A stretch of 64,000 bases of DNA from Raillietiella orientalis. Its lineage: Eukaryota. Where the stretch lies: NCBI GenBank assembly GCA_036172245.1, contig JAYWIR010000024.1, forward strand, positions 2,108,001 to 2,172,000. The letters run 5' to 3'. The translations under genes and the position numbers were made by a program. The notes under the pieces are model-generated. The model was not told the origin of the DNA. It made no database searches and saw nothing but the letters and a program-made list of their open reading frames with translations. Shown piece after piece: positions 35,649-49,040 of this stretch. Every line of letters begins with the position of its first letter. The stretch's first letter is position 1.

Positions 35649-38468
35649 TCTCAGTCGTCACTGCAGGAAGAATTTGTCAGCGCGAGGACCGTATTTATGG
35701 AGGAAGAAATCTGGATGATGGTGACGAGGGTAACTTCAAAGCGTTCCTGCAGTAACAATTCCCAAAACCTTCACATGAGACAAAGGGAGGACTCTTCCTC
35801 AAAGAAAAATCCCTGTGAAAGAGCTTTACTGGTCCTGGGTCGCTGGGGAACATGAATTCGGCTACGCAAAAGTATAGCTGGTCTGCCCAGAAATGAAAAA
35901 CCCATAAGAACTGCGGAAACCTCCTAGAAGGGGAGCATAACGAAAGAGGTATGCCATTTAAGGGGAAATGACGATGATTATTTGGGAAGGTAGGGTGCAA
36001 CTCTAGTCGAGAGGAGTTCTCATCAGTTGTTCCTGAGGGAAGAGGATGTGCAACCTCTTTGCTTAACTTCACAACTGCAATTCACACAGCAACTCAGTTC
36101 AAAGGAGATCAGCTGGAAGATTCCCTCCACAATGTTTCCACAACCAAGGTAACTGGTATATGTGGTGAGATAGCCTCATTGGAGAGCCTCATAAAGAAAC
36201 CGATCGAAAGGACCGTAAAATGGTGACAAAGGTTCTCTTCTCCCTTAGATACGAAGAAGCACGTCTCCGCTTTGGAACTGCATGCAGTATTCTTGATATA
36301 GAAGATGGAATTTTCAATCGATTTCTCATCTCACCGAGCGAGGCTTGGGAACGTCAGATAGGGAACTCCTGATCTTAGAGACTAGAATAGTTTTTCGTGC
36401 CGTAATGCTCGAAATTAGGCTCGAACCGCATTTCCGTCAGTGTTGATAGCTCCGGTATTGCTTAATCACGTCATTGTCTGGAGATGTACGAGTATTGAGA
36501 ACCATTAGGTGGAAGACATAAGATGCTCCTGTTTTTCACAGAGACGCTCGAGGAGGAGATCAAGGGATCGCTTTTTTTTTCCCCACCACGAGTGAGACTT
36601 GGAAGTGCGGCTTTTGTGTCTGTGGCAAAGACGGGAAACGTTCCCACGCATCTTACGAAAACGCAAAGCAAAACCTTGGCATTATGAACAGAAGAATAAG
36701 TAGGGAGCAGTTGTCATAGATGCGTTTAGTGAGTGGTAGCTTCACAATTTCCGAGACTATAGAGACATGCAAGTTAATCAGAAGGGACTAAAGAATGTAA
36801 GTGCTTATGGGAGGAAGAGGAGTCCGCATCACCTCATTTCCTGATAAAAACAAAGATGAAACTGGAATCATGAGCAAGCATAAGTAAAGAAGTAGCCAAT
36901 TACAGGTTGCAGACATCAGTATGCTTAACTCTGCTGCTTCAAGAGAGGCAGGAAGAAAAAATAACCATCATCTGGCACGCGCGAGCAGCAGAAATAACGT
37001 GGTCATAGCTCCACTGAGATGTCACTTTCCAGACATCTCCTGTCTGATTCAAGCCCTCTTACTCCAGCGTATCCATTCAAAGAGGGATCCGTATCCAAAT
37101 AACCGTCAGCATGAGAGTGAATGTATGTCTTGCATTCGTTTTTTATACTGCTCGTCCAGCAAAAAGTTATTGTGAAAATTCGCACTAACACCACGTGGCA
37201 CGTGCCGCAGCTTTTCTTCGTTCCAGATCCTTTTTCCTTCCAGATCGTCTACGTGGCACTCGGAGAGGTTGAAGCCTTGCTGGTACAGCTGCTGAGATAT
37301 CACTGGACTGTTGCCATTTGGACCATCTTTCCAGCCATATGCACAAGGAAGAACACAGACAATGTTTCCTCCTCCTTTGATAGACTTGAATGCTCCGTGT
37401 TTCCTGAATACGAGCAGATTTCGACATCCATCCTACACGGTGGCCCCATAGTTCTTTGAGAGACTTTTCGGAGAAAGTAAAGCATGTCTGGGCCATTTAT
37501 GGCAGAGAGACGCAGCCTTCTTCGACTCCTATTCTTCTGTTCCATCATATGCTTATCTTCTACTCGATTCTTTCCTTCGATTTTTCCATCCGATCCTTCT
37601 TTTCCGCTTCTACTTTTACTGTCTGTGCTCTTCCTCAGGTAGCATCACACGGCTGTGCTGTTCTTGTACGAAGTTTTCCTCCATAACGCAGGGACGGCAT
37701 CGAACCCTTTCAAGATGAAGATTAAGTCTCTGCCACCAATGTGCTCCTCTATTCCACTCAGGTGGGCCAAAAGCAGTTGATGCTCTGTGGAGAGGATAAA
37801 CTTTAGTCCCTCGATGGTTACTGGCGTGCTCAGCAAACGCTGCACTAACAGAGCACGAACAGAGTTTTACAGAACAGCTTTAAATACCAGCTACCACTGA
37901 TGAGAATGAGACAGAGGACTCTCTCCACACTCCATCCCAGTGAAGCACATTTTCGATCCCGCGTCCAAAGCACCCCAGCGTCAGGTGTCCTACCTAATAC
38001 CGGAGAGCGGGATTCTAGCCATGTACTACATATGCCCGCCACTGAGTCTTGTCGTGCGCTGCTGGAAACTGCGCTGCTATAGAGACAACACATCATCAAA
38101 ACTATCCGTAGGGAGCGAGGGAGAATTCAAGAGACCGGTCGCTATAGGACCCACGACGGGAACGGGCAAAGCTCTCTGTACCTCCACAGTCTCGTGGGTG
38201 ACCATTTTGCTCGCGTGACGCAGAACTTTCACACACACAAAAGACGGGCAAATCCTCTACCGAAACTCCAGAGCCGCACAAAAACGTTTGTTCCCTTCCA
38301 CCGCCAGGGTTCGCGGAGGCGTTCAAGTTCCTTTTTCGTCAAGCGCTCACTTCTTCCATCTCATCAGCAGGTGCCCTCCATGAAGAGCAGTCCGCTTGGT
38401 TGATGCACATAGCTTCAGCTTTGAAGGGCATTCCAGCTAGCTTTGCATCATGACTGAATTTCAAGAAA

Positions 38469-39649
38469 GTGGGCCAGCCAACTCTACAAGAGCGAAGGCA
38501 TCGCATAGAAGAAACAGGTTACAACCTTCCTTCACATTCCTCCCACCACCATCACCTTCACCTGCTGTCCGTCTTCGTCACCTGACCACGTTCAAGACCT
38601 GTCCCTACATCCTTCCCGAAAATCCTTCTCCCGCAACCGCATCACGGAGTCCCGAACGTCGACCTTCCGAGCACTTCCTTCACCGGGAGCGCCTCTCCCC
38701 ATCACCGAGTGCGATGCGCACCGCGGCCGTGGCCCGACCCTGGCGGCAATCACGAGGCGTCATCTCGTTCTGGAGAGCTACAGACGCAGCATCTCGACAC
38801 CTTTTCCTTTTCGCGGTTCCCCCGGAACGCCTGATGCGCTCCCTCGACATCCAAGCGCAGTCGGTTCAACTTACCGACTAGCGTACTCTCTCCCATTGCT
38901 TCCCGAAAGAATGCGACAGGCGCTTGTATCCATGCAACGCCGGAGCTCAAGCTGGCAGCCCTCGCGTAGAGCTCCAAACACCCCGCCCGAAAGGACGACA
39001 GTTTCCAGCTGCAGATCGCAACACCCCACAACAACATCAAACGCCACCTTCGCCGACCAGCCACTCTTGTTGCACTCGGAGACCACGCCGGATAACCCCG
39101 CGAAAGGGTGGAAGATCCTTTCCCGCTCGAGCGAGCATCCAGCAGCCTGCGCGTCTCTGGGCGACGCTCATCCTTCCCGCCTTTTCCATGCAGCTCCCTG
39201 CCCATCCGCCCTCGGAGCCGCCTCTCTGACTCAGCCACCCGCACTCGCACCGTCGCAAAGGACAGCAGCAGAAAGCCCGCTCCGCGGCTGCGTACCATCT
39301 CGGAGCTCGAAGGATACGCAACCGCCAGGCCGCACTGCCTACGCACCCACGAGCAGTGAGATCCGGCGGGAACTCGGTCGGTTGCTGCGGCGAGAAGAAG
39401 GAAGAGGCTGGAATGCAACTCGGAACCCATCCGAGGAGGCTGCCAACTTCCGCCTCAGGGACGGACGGAATGGGAGTTCCTCACGGTTGCCTGGGGAGGT
39501 ATCCTCGGTGCCTCGAACGGGCGCGAGGAGAGCAAAGTCTGCGCCCCGGAGGGACACCCGGCAGACTGGCTCGCTGAACGAACGGAACGCAAAACACAAA
39601 AGCGAAAGTCAGCATCACCACGCCGCTCCGAATTCGCCTCCAGCGCCGG
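38469..39649 (+). repeat. Direct duplication (~1.18 kb), copy 1 (partner 61800-62980)
   Basis: Identical ORF sets offset by 23331 nt. Only one substitution noticed (gcagctcc vs gcacctcc). Content unidentified. Confidence 0.97.
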
Positions 39650-42002
39650 TCTCTGAGCAAAAGTCGGTCCTCCCCCGGTATGTCAACCGGACGACATGGC
39701 CCCAGTGGAAACTTGGAAGAGCACTCACTGAGCCCTCATGTCCCCCGACATGCCCTCCCTTCTCTCTACCAGTCACGACTAGCCCAGATAGCGATGCACG
39801 CCCTTCTACAGCAAACTTTCCTTCTGCAGTCGGCAGAGCTGCACTGGAGCGCGTCCCTAGCGATTTCCTTTCGCATCACAGCTCTCCCGAGGGCTTCTCG
39901 GGAGATGTGGCCTGTTGCTGCTGCGTCATGTGGAGACCTTGCCCTTCCAAACACCTCCAGGCGTGCCTGGTTGCGAGAAGCCACCCACAAGCCTGCTCTT
40001 TCCTTCCCCGTCGACATCTGCACGAGGTTGCGCGAAGCTCGTCGAGCCACTGGAATCACGCAGCGAGGTAGCACCGCCGCGGTCGTCTGGCAGCAGGAAG
40101 TGGCGCTCGGATCCGGCTTGGGAGAGCGCGGACAAACCATACGTCAATTTTCGGGCGCGTCGTTTCCGCCGCTAGTCTGAGTTTCTTGAGCGCCGGCGGC
40201 CGTGGCAAGTGGCTGTTTCGCGATGGCGGAGCCGTCAGGCGTGGGAAGAGCGCCAGCACCTCGCCGTCTGTCGCGCAATCAGTCGTCTTGGGCAAGCGAA
40301 GCGACCGCAGCGGTGGACGAGGGGAAGCGATGAGCCGGGCAGCCGGAGGCGCCGCCGATTCTCTTTTTGTGGAGGGAGCAAGCTTGCAGCATCCGCATCC
40401 GCACTTCCACGGAAGATGGGAGGAAGCTGGCGGAGAAACACGCTCTTTGTAAGGGACCGGGACTCCACTTGGCTCTTTCCCTGGTTTCGGGGTACCTGCC
40501 GGGCTCGGTCGGCTTCGCATGCTTCGGAGTGCGCCCGTCGCCGGCGGTGTTTGGCGACGAAGCGTGAGGGCCTTTCGCCGTCGCTCTTTCGTGTGGCATC
40601 ACCAGCGTGCCAACGTGTCCAAAACCAGAGCGCCAGGCATCTGCGCCCGCGACCAGGTTGCCACCACCGGCAGGGAGGCTCCGTGCGCCACGCGACCCGC
40701 GGAGGCGCGGACTGAGCTGGTCGCGCGGTTCGGGCTGCTTTCAGTGCTGCGTGACGAACTTTCGCGTGAGCTCTACGGTGCGCAGTTGGTCCCCCACCCC
40801 TCGAGCCACCGAAGCGCGCCTCTCCTGCTCCCAAGCTAGGGCGGCAAACGGGCGCAGCTGCGTGGGGAGAGGCCTGCTGAAGAGACGCTCCTCCTGCACA
40901 TTCAGAGCGCCCCCTCTTGGGCCACGCGCTCGCGACGCGCATCTGCCACGTGTGGCCGAAACAACAGGCGGACCTGGAGAAGCGCTTGCTCGGCTCGTGC
41001 GCGCGGTAGCTGATGGTGCCGCAAGGCTGCTGCTACGGGTCGGCGAGAAGCGCAGCGAGGCCCATGAAGATGGATCGTCTCGCCGAGCTGTCGTCTCTGC
41101 GCTGCCGGCAATTCAAGGATACTCGGGGAAAGGAGGAGAAAAAGGAAGGAGAAGGGACTCCGATGTGACGTGCCGAGGTCACGTTCGCCGGCGTATCGAC
41201 TGATGAACGGAAGCATCGAACCGCCGCTACTCTCCCGGCATGATCGCTCTTGCAGAGGATTTGGGACTGGCTGCCGCCACTCCCGACGCAGGGAGGGGGA
41301 GGGGGCATGTTTTCGTCTGCGTTTCCTGCCTCGGCTGATTTTTCTGCTCGCCGCAGCGTCCTCCCTCAGTGCAGGTCGTGGTGCTGCCGAAGACGCTCCG
41401 TCGCATCTGTGCTAGGGCGCTTCCTCTCTTCCCGAGAGGACCCCCTTGGGATGCTCCCGTTGCCGCCATACGTGTCCCTGTTAGAGGTGGCTTCCTTTCT
41501 CGTCACTGCTGCCCGTCATGGAGAGGATAATGTGCGTCCCGACAACGGGGCTGTACTTTGGGACGGCTTCCATGCGTTTGAAACGGCCCTCTCGGAGGAG
41601 TTTTCGCCGCCGCCTGCACTCAGGCGTCCGTCGCTTGCCCTTCGACACCTCGACCGTTATCCACGCTGGTTGGGAGAAGAGCTGCTCTGCATCCTCCTCC
41701 TATTCTTCCGGAACAGTACAAAACTCTTCTTCTCGGTTTTCTCACGACCGGAGTGCTCTGGATCTTCGCGCCACGCTCAAGTCCTCAGGTGGTAAATTGG
41801 GGAAAGACAGCCCCAGGCACCTGGATAGAGCCAGGGAACGGCCTCTACGCCTCCGCGGTTTTCGTCGGCGCGGAGTTTCCTTCGCGGTTTCCCATGGATG
41901 CTCCAGGGGCGGCATCGACTCTCTTCTTATTCTGTGTTGTGCAGGGATTTCCCTTGGTTTCCATAAGTGGATCATCCGGAGAATGGACTCTCCTGGTGAT
42001 GT

Positions 42003-42165
42003 CTCCCTACTCCTTGCTCACGGGCAGTAGCGTCGCTGCTGACAGAAAGAGAGGCGCGCTTATTGCTAGTTGAAAACTATCTCCCTACTCCTTGGGCTCA
42101 CGGGCAATATCGCGGCCGCGGATCGAAAGGGAGGCGCGATTGAAAACTTCTCCCTACTCCTCCGG
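42003..42165 (+). repeat. Imperfect tandem repeat, ~70-77 bp x 2.2
   Basis: ctccctactcct occurs three times; ctcacgggca...gaaag.gaggcgcg...ttgaaaact occurs twice. Confidence 0.85.
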
Positions 42166-42216
42166 ACTTGGCGCGCGGGCAAGGCATCCTACCGCCATCC
42201 AGGGGAGGAAGTTTCT

Positions 42217-45200
42217 CATCCGCCTACGCCGCGGCGTTTATTTTATGAAAAATAAACCAGTTGGGAACACGCTGGTTCCCGACCGAAGGCAGCAAGAAAT
42301 AAGGTGGAAGTCCGGAAAACGGAAAGTCCGGAACGGGGGAGGGACAAGGGGGCAACAAAAACAAACAAAGTGAGTGGGAGGGGCAGGAATCTTTGGTTTT
42401 GTTCCATGTTTTACCGGGATAAAAACAAAAAGCATCAAGAAAGTTACGTAGCGAATGGGGACGGGGAGTAAGAAAAAAAATAAAGGGAGGGAGGGGACAA
42501 GGATCACCGGGTCCCCGTTCCAAACCGTCCATCAACCGGCGCTGGATGCCGATGATCTTCGCTTCCTCTTCCAGGTGAGGCCACATTGCAGCCGTCGTGA
42601 TGTAGGTGGATGCCAACCTGGTGACCTCCTTTCGCTGGGTGCTGATTTGTAGCACCTTTCGGGCCCCAACGATGTCGCGGATGCAACCCGTGGTTGCATT
42701 AACTGCGTCCATCGAGCGGTCTCTCGGCGCAAAGAACCGCCGCAGCACATCTCTTGCGGTATCCTTCTGGCTCAGGAGTGCTGTTGCCAGCCTCTGCCAC
42801 AGTTCTTGGAGGGCACCAAAGTCCGAAAGCAGTTACGGCAAGATCGACTTCGTCGGCACGCACCGGGCACAGTCTGGGGATGCAACCCTCCGGAAACTCG
42901 ATGCCGTCGCTCGTTACACTTGAATCCCCAGTGGATGAAGAGCAGTACGGCCTGCTCCCAGGCAAGGTGGAACACTGAACCGTCCAAACAATGGGGAGGG
43001 ACCACAAATTTTTCGAAGGTAACACTTAGAAGTTCACCCCACCGAAGGAGTCCCATCGCCAAAGCTCGCGGAGTGCAGCATCCGCCAGCCCACCCGTCTT
43101 CCAGCTGCCGAGAAGTCTGTTTTTTTTCCCGCGATGGTGCAGGAAAACTACCACCTCGCCGGTTGACTGCTGTCGTCTATTGCCCCAAAGGAAGACACCG
43201 CTTCCGCGAGGGGTGTGGCTGTCAGGGTCGAAAACTTCACCGCGTCCTGCATCACTACTTCCGGCGGTCGTGGCAACAGATGTCGCAGGGGGTGATCTTC
43301 GGAGCTCATTTTCTGGAACAGGATTCAACAGCCTCTTGCCGCCAACCGTTGTAGTTCGCCGGGTGGCAGGAGATCCACGGCTGGGCTTCCACAAGTGAGG
43401 CAAGTTGCCTGAGTAGGAAGGGAGGAGAATCCTCGCATCTTGTAGTGGGCGCCCGGCAGCAGCGAGAGCAGTCCTTCGCTGCCGGCGCATCTCCATAGGA
43501 TGATATGTGCAGGCACACACATCACACAGCTTGGCGCAGAGTATCGGCATTCCGAAGTGCCCTTGCAGTCCTATTCATTCCAGCGTTAGGATGCCCAATC
43601 CGGAGCCGCCAAGTCTTTGAGGCGGATCCTGGACCTCGCAAGTCCCCAGAGAGCGTTCCTCAGCAGGTGCTGAGCCCGCTGAGGAACGCCTCGTAGGGGG
43701 ACTCACACACAAAAAACAGGTGGCAGAAGTGGGAGGCCACAAAGGTATTTCAGATAACTTCAGAGGAGGAAGTAATCACTCGCTGCGGGTGCTCCGCCCC
43801 CCCTCGCGCGTCTTTTCGACGAGAGAACGCGGTGCTCCCAAGGCTGGCTGGCGGAGTTAAGTCGACCAAGATGGGGTAACTCCTTCCGGTCGGCTCGGCA
43901 GTATCTCCTCTAGCCCGGCTTTGGGTGCAGAGAGAAGGATGGTGCAAGAGAAGGGATCCAGAACTCGCTCCTGCTCCTCCGAGGACCCGAGAGGAAGCGC
44001 GAACTGAGGCTTCCCGCTTCGGTGCAGCGAGATCCCCCGCGTGCAAGAGCAGCGGAGCTGCAGCCGTCCAACTAATTTCTGATGTTTCTTTGGGAGTTCC
44101 TGGTCCCTTTCTGCTCCCGGAGCCACAAGGGCGCGCACGACCGTCCTCCAGCGTCAGCAGCGCCAAGCTCTTGGAAAGGCGCGCGGAACTAGAGGGTGCA
44201 TAGCGTGCTTCCGTCGGAAGATGCTTTCTTCTGCTGCCTCCGGAGACTGCGCAAGTTTTTCATGCTCTCTGGAAAGAGGTGGTGCGGACCAGGTGAACGG
44301 AGGCGATGGGTGGTGCTTCGTTGGCGGTTGGCGAACAAAGTGAGAAGCGGGGAAATGAGGATTCGTCGCCCTTGCGATTTCCAGCGACGGTACCGCGCGA
44401 GCATCTCTTCCCGACCACCCACTCCAGCCGCGACGTCTTCGCAGGTGAAGGTCCAAGAAGGCCATGGTATCACGGGGAACGCTCGGGAGGGCGCTGCCGA
44501 CGGCCAGATCGCTTCCTTCGTACAAGGCGCTCGACTCTGCGAAATGCATCTGCTTTTCGGAAGCCAGGATGACGTCCCGGCAGACAGGATGGTGAGTGAA
44601 GAAGTTGTGAGTACCAGGTGGATCCTTCTTGAGCAGCACCGCCCTGAGGACTCATCGTTTAGCTGCGGAGGTCTACCGTGGTCGGAGAGAAACACTCGCG
44701 ACGGCAAGATGGCGGACGGCGATGCTGTCCTCTCCGAAAGCATCGTCTCAAGAGATTGTCGGCTGGTCTCTCTGCAGAGCCAAGTTTTCTCCCTCGTGGG
44801 TTGGCGCTGGGGGCATGGTGCGAGTGTTCCCCTCCTCCTCAAACAACGACCGCGAGTGAGGCTCCTCAGCAGGGCAATTGGCGGCAGGGAGGAATGGGTC
44901 GATAGGTGGGTCGGTCATGGTGGCCCCACGCACCCCTCTCCTGCCGCGGGGTATTGCTTGCATTCCACGGGGTCGACCGGCGGCATGGAGCGCACGCGCT
45001 CTCGGAAGGAGAAACTGCCATGTCTTTTGTTCCTGCCTCCATCCGCCCCTACGAGATGGTGCACCGGAGATCGCACGTGAGAGGGTCAGACAGTTCATTG
45101 GAGCGCAGAATCCTGCCGAAGGAACGGGATTTTTTCTCCCCGCCGCCACCTCCCTCCTCTCTTACCGCGGGCGTGGAGGGACGTCTCGCCGATGCGGAGT

Positions 45201-45300
45201 CTGTAACCGTCTGGGGATCCGGTCATGGCTCTTCCCCCAGGAGAGAGGGAATATCCAGGAGTGCTTCCTCGATCTGGACCGAGGAAGAGCTCCCGTAAGC
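42217..45300 (-). mobile_element. Long, internally deleted and decayed LINE copy (APE remnant to 3' end)
   Basis: RVFLSDHG (APE-like, ~44700), NTFVASHFCHLFFVC (~43740), FIHWGFKCN, AAMWPHLEEE and terminal motif at 42217-42243. The 5' boundary is uncertain. Confidence 0.7.
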
Positions 45301-45721
45301 GGAAGAGAGCGCACAGCTCTGAGGTCCAGGACGAGGGGGGGGGAACGTTTCTGCTCTTTCCCTCTCTCTCGTCCTGCAGATCACCTGAAGTTTCTTCTGG
45401 AAAGGGAGAGGGGGAGGAGGGAAGAGAGGGAGACAGACTGCTTTTCCTTTCCCTCCCTCCCCCCCCTCCAAGTGTGCAGCTTCTGGGGTGCGTCGCTCCG
45501 AGGACGCGTATCAAGTGCGCGCATCCTCGTCCTCCGAGCGACAGACTTTCGGGTGTGACAGGCGCACGCGCAAAGGATCCAACAGGGTCGCTATAAGAGG
45601 AACTTCTGCCATCGGCCTCGGAGCGACCCGCCTCTCAGGAAACACCACCTCAGCAGCCTCTTGGAGCTTCCGACTGACCTTGCTTGTCCAAGCACCGCCG
45701 AGCAGGAAAAAGAAAATCCAG

Positions 45722-47213
45722 ATGGGGAAGACGATGACCGGCATTATAAAGGCTGCCGTACTACTGCAGGTGAGGAGGTCCCGGGAGACTTCTCCTTTGG
45801 AGAAGGCCGGGGATGAGGGGGGGGGGCTGGAAGTGGAGATGGCTACTGAAGCTCCCGATCAGCTCTTCCTTCAGATCCTGGGATGCAATTTTAACAGTGG
45901 GGAGGATCTCACACCTGGAACGGGGTATCAGAACGACTGTACCACGGTCTGCACGACCGAAAGTGTGGGCAACTGGACCTACCAAGTGAAGAAGAACTAC
46001 AGGGATCCCATGTGCTGCTTGTCCTTCAAGTTCACCAAAACTGACCTCATGCTGCCCTGCGGAAAGGACAATCTGGGCACTTTCGCTTATATCGTTGAAG
46101 TAGAAGCCGACCCAATCAGAGCAAGGGGAACCACTCTGGAGCTGAGCGACAATCTCATTAGTCAGCAGTAGGTGGTTTCACCTTGATTTCTCATCCCCCG
46201 GAAGGAAAAAATGACCCCTATTGATCCAAGATGATGTGGGTGTCGCTGAGAACTCCGTGCCTTCGTGGTGCGCCGTTCAGCGCTTGAAAAGGGAAGAAAC
46301 CCGGAGGGGTCATCGCTCGCCCACCGGGTGCGGGAGGGAGGGAAGCACAGACGGTGGTGATGGTGGTGGTGAGGAAAAGAGTCATAAAAGGTCGGTGTCG
46401 CCTGTCGACCTTCCGCCGATCGCTGGTCGCGGGGCTGAGGGAGACCCGGGTTGACACAGACATCCCTTCGACGATCCGGGCGCTCAGCATCCCTCACAAC
46501 GAACGCCCTTCCATCCGTCTGCCCCTCCAGGTTGCTGCCTTTATCAGATGAGAGTGGTCAGAGAATTCGCCGTTACATCTCCATCCCTCTGCCCTCGGCC
46601 AAGCTTACCTGGAAAGGCGCGTCTTCTAATGTGAATGTCAACTATTCTATGATATGCCTCAAATCTTCCCAATACACCGCCCCCCTTCAAGAAGAATCGA
46701 GTCCTTTGGCAGTTCGCCTCGCCTTTGAAGATCATAACGGAAGGAAAGTCTTCTTCGTCCGGGCTGAGGTAAGAACAAGCGTGTCTCTCCCTCCCTCCTC
46801 CGTTCCTTCTTTCGGGAAACCACCAACCACGACCTTTCCTCCGGGAGAACCCGGAGGCAGGGGCGCACTGCGCCGTGCGAGGGTGATGCGCCTTGCGGCT
46901 TCCGCCCTTCCCTTGACCTCACCTGCGGTTTTCATTGCAGCCCCAGCAGAATGAGCTCGCTGTAGTGGGATTTCAGTTGATGCCCTCTCTTAAACACGTC
47001 AACTTCTATTTGGTCACTTCCCTCGACGGTGAATCGAGCTCCGTGCACAGCTTCCAAGAGAAAGACAAGCAGATGCCTCGAAAAGAAGTGCACTCGAAGA
47101 AGGCAGGGGATTCCGTGTTCGCCGTCGCTTATGGGTCCAAAGATGCTGTAGCCCAGGACTTCGTCCTCGACGGGACGACCACAAGGTCGATCCACAGGAA
47201 GCCTTCCACAAAG
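45722..47213 (+). CDS. CUB-like secreted protein, diverged family copy 3 (3' end unresolved)
   Basis: Exons 45722-45769 (MGKTMTGIIKAAVLLQ), 45875-46167, 46531-46768 and 46941-47213, GT-AG with phases 0,2,0. Aligns by eye with copy 1 (NFYLVT/NLYVVT, VHSFQE/VRRFNE, DFVLDG/GFCIFG). Confidence 0.7.
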
Positions 47214-47699
47214 GTACGGGGCAGGTGCAGCACCATCCTCGATCCGCTGGGGTCTCGCGCGCCCGGCGCAGGGAGTCGATGCTGGCAAAAAGAGATTGCC
47301 TCGGCGCCCTCCTCTCCTCATTGGCGGGGGAGCTTCGAACCTCCGATCACGGGTGAAGAAGGAGACACCTCCCGCACCCCTGGCTCTCCTCCCCCTTCTG
47401 TCCCTCCGCCAACGCCGTCGCCCCTGTAGAGCTCCGCAGAACGGCTGGCTCTTCCACCGCGATCATGGAGGCGCAGCTTCCCGGAGACCGTCGGTGGGAT
47501 GAAAGAGGAGGGAGGGGGGGAGCACGCAGCGCAGTCCATGACATGCGCAAGCCTTCCCCCCTTCATCCTGGAAGCAACTGACTGTTTTGGTCAGCCTCCG
47601 TCGACACCCCTGCGGCACTTTCCCATCCAGAAAGGGGCGAGGTCACCGAGAGGTTCCTTAATCCCCCTGCACGCCGCTCGTCCTCTCCGCCTTGTCCGA

Positions 47700-49040
47700 G
47701 CCGGCCGCAGCTCCTGCCGTCCCAGAAAAGACCCCGGGCTCTCAAGGAAATAGGAAGTAAAGCGTGATCCCGGCACGTTCCCCTGCCCGGCTTCGAAAGA
47801 TCCACGAGTCCCTGCACCTGCGGCAGAGGCGAAGATGCCGAGAGGCGGAAGCCCTGACGGTTTCCTTTTCAGGGCCCGACAAAGGGTGCTCCTGCAGCCA
47901 ATCGGTGATGCAGCCATCGAAACATAAGTTCAGCTTGGCTGAAGACCCCCGCGTCGATGCTAGGACTCGACCTACAGAGCATTAATAAATGTGCGGGAAA
48001 TGGGAAAGGATGTTGGGAGGATCGAACTCTTCTCCCTTCCCCAGCAGTCGGACTGGGAGAAGAAGGTGAGAAGGGAAAGGGAGGAAGTCAGAGTGGCGTT
48101 GGTGGGGTGGCGACGGAAGCACAGAAGCGAAGACGAGGTGCCATCAGATGCAGAGTCGAGCCACTGCAGGAAGAGGAAGGGAGAAGAGTGGGGACAAGGG
48201 TGAGTGTCGCTGGCCTTTGAGCGAGTTTCCTAGGCTAGCCGGGATGGAAAGATCCTCGATCCTTTCTAGCCCTCCTCACCCTCTCCCCATGGCGGAGATT
48301 TTTGTGGCGAAAGCTGTCCCCGGGCAAGGAGTCTAGCCATTCCTCCACCCTGGGACGGGTAGTTGCGACTCTCACGACAATCACACCTCTCCGGGAGGAC
48401 GTCGTCTTTCCCCTACCTGCAAGCGTACCCACCAGCAGTCTCAGGGGAAGAGTGGGTAGGGAAACCCCCCGGGGCTCCCATCGGCGGTGGTCCTCCTGCC
48501 TCCTACCCAGGGACCCTCGATCCTTCGAGGGTGCCTGGGGACCGTTCCTATTACCTCGAGTGGGATTATTTCATGGGGAGTTGTCCCTTCGCCAGCCCCA
48601 TTTGACTCTCAGCCCGCGGCACGTTCATGTGGAGATGGATCCTCAGATGTAGAGACCGCCCTGACTTGGGGTTTCAGCGCCTTTCTGGTCACGGCGGACG
48701 AACCTTTTCTCGACTCCCGGATAAAGAAAAAGGTAGAAAAGTAGGGAATTGATCCCTACTTTCTCCCGGATTCACAGCCGTCTGAACCTATGCCTCCATG
48801 GTTCCCTCGGCAACGTGGGCGAATACAGTGCTCAGCTGGAGCCATCGGAAACGCTGCATCAGCTGCGTGCCTGCCTGCCTGTTTTTTTGTTTGTTTTCTC
48901 ACTCCCACCACGGCCATCGTTTTTGAGGATCCCAGAGCTCCCTTGCAGATGGCAGCACCTGTTTCGTGTGTCGCACGCAGCCCACGTGGAGCCGTGTCTC
49001 CTCTGTAACGCTCGCCTCTCGCGCGCCTCCTCAGGCGATT
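47700..49040 (+). mobile_element. Possible highly decayed LINE fragment
   Basis: EAEALTVSFS resembles EERATLDLPFT, LDPSRVP..LEWDY resembles LDPGFFP..WLHW, and there is a T-rich UTR-like tract at ~48880. Confidence 0.35.

Noticed and set aside
36900..38300. Possible decayed NTPase gene (LIFILKGFD Walker-B-like on -, GPTTGTGK on +)
   Set aside because: The motifs are on opposite strands, with many stops and no coherent model.
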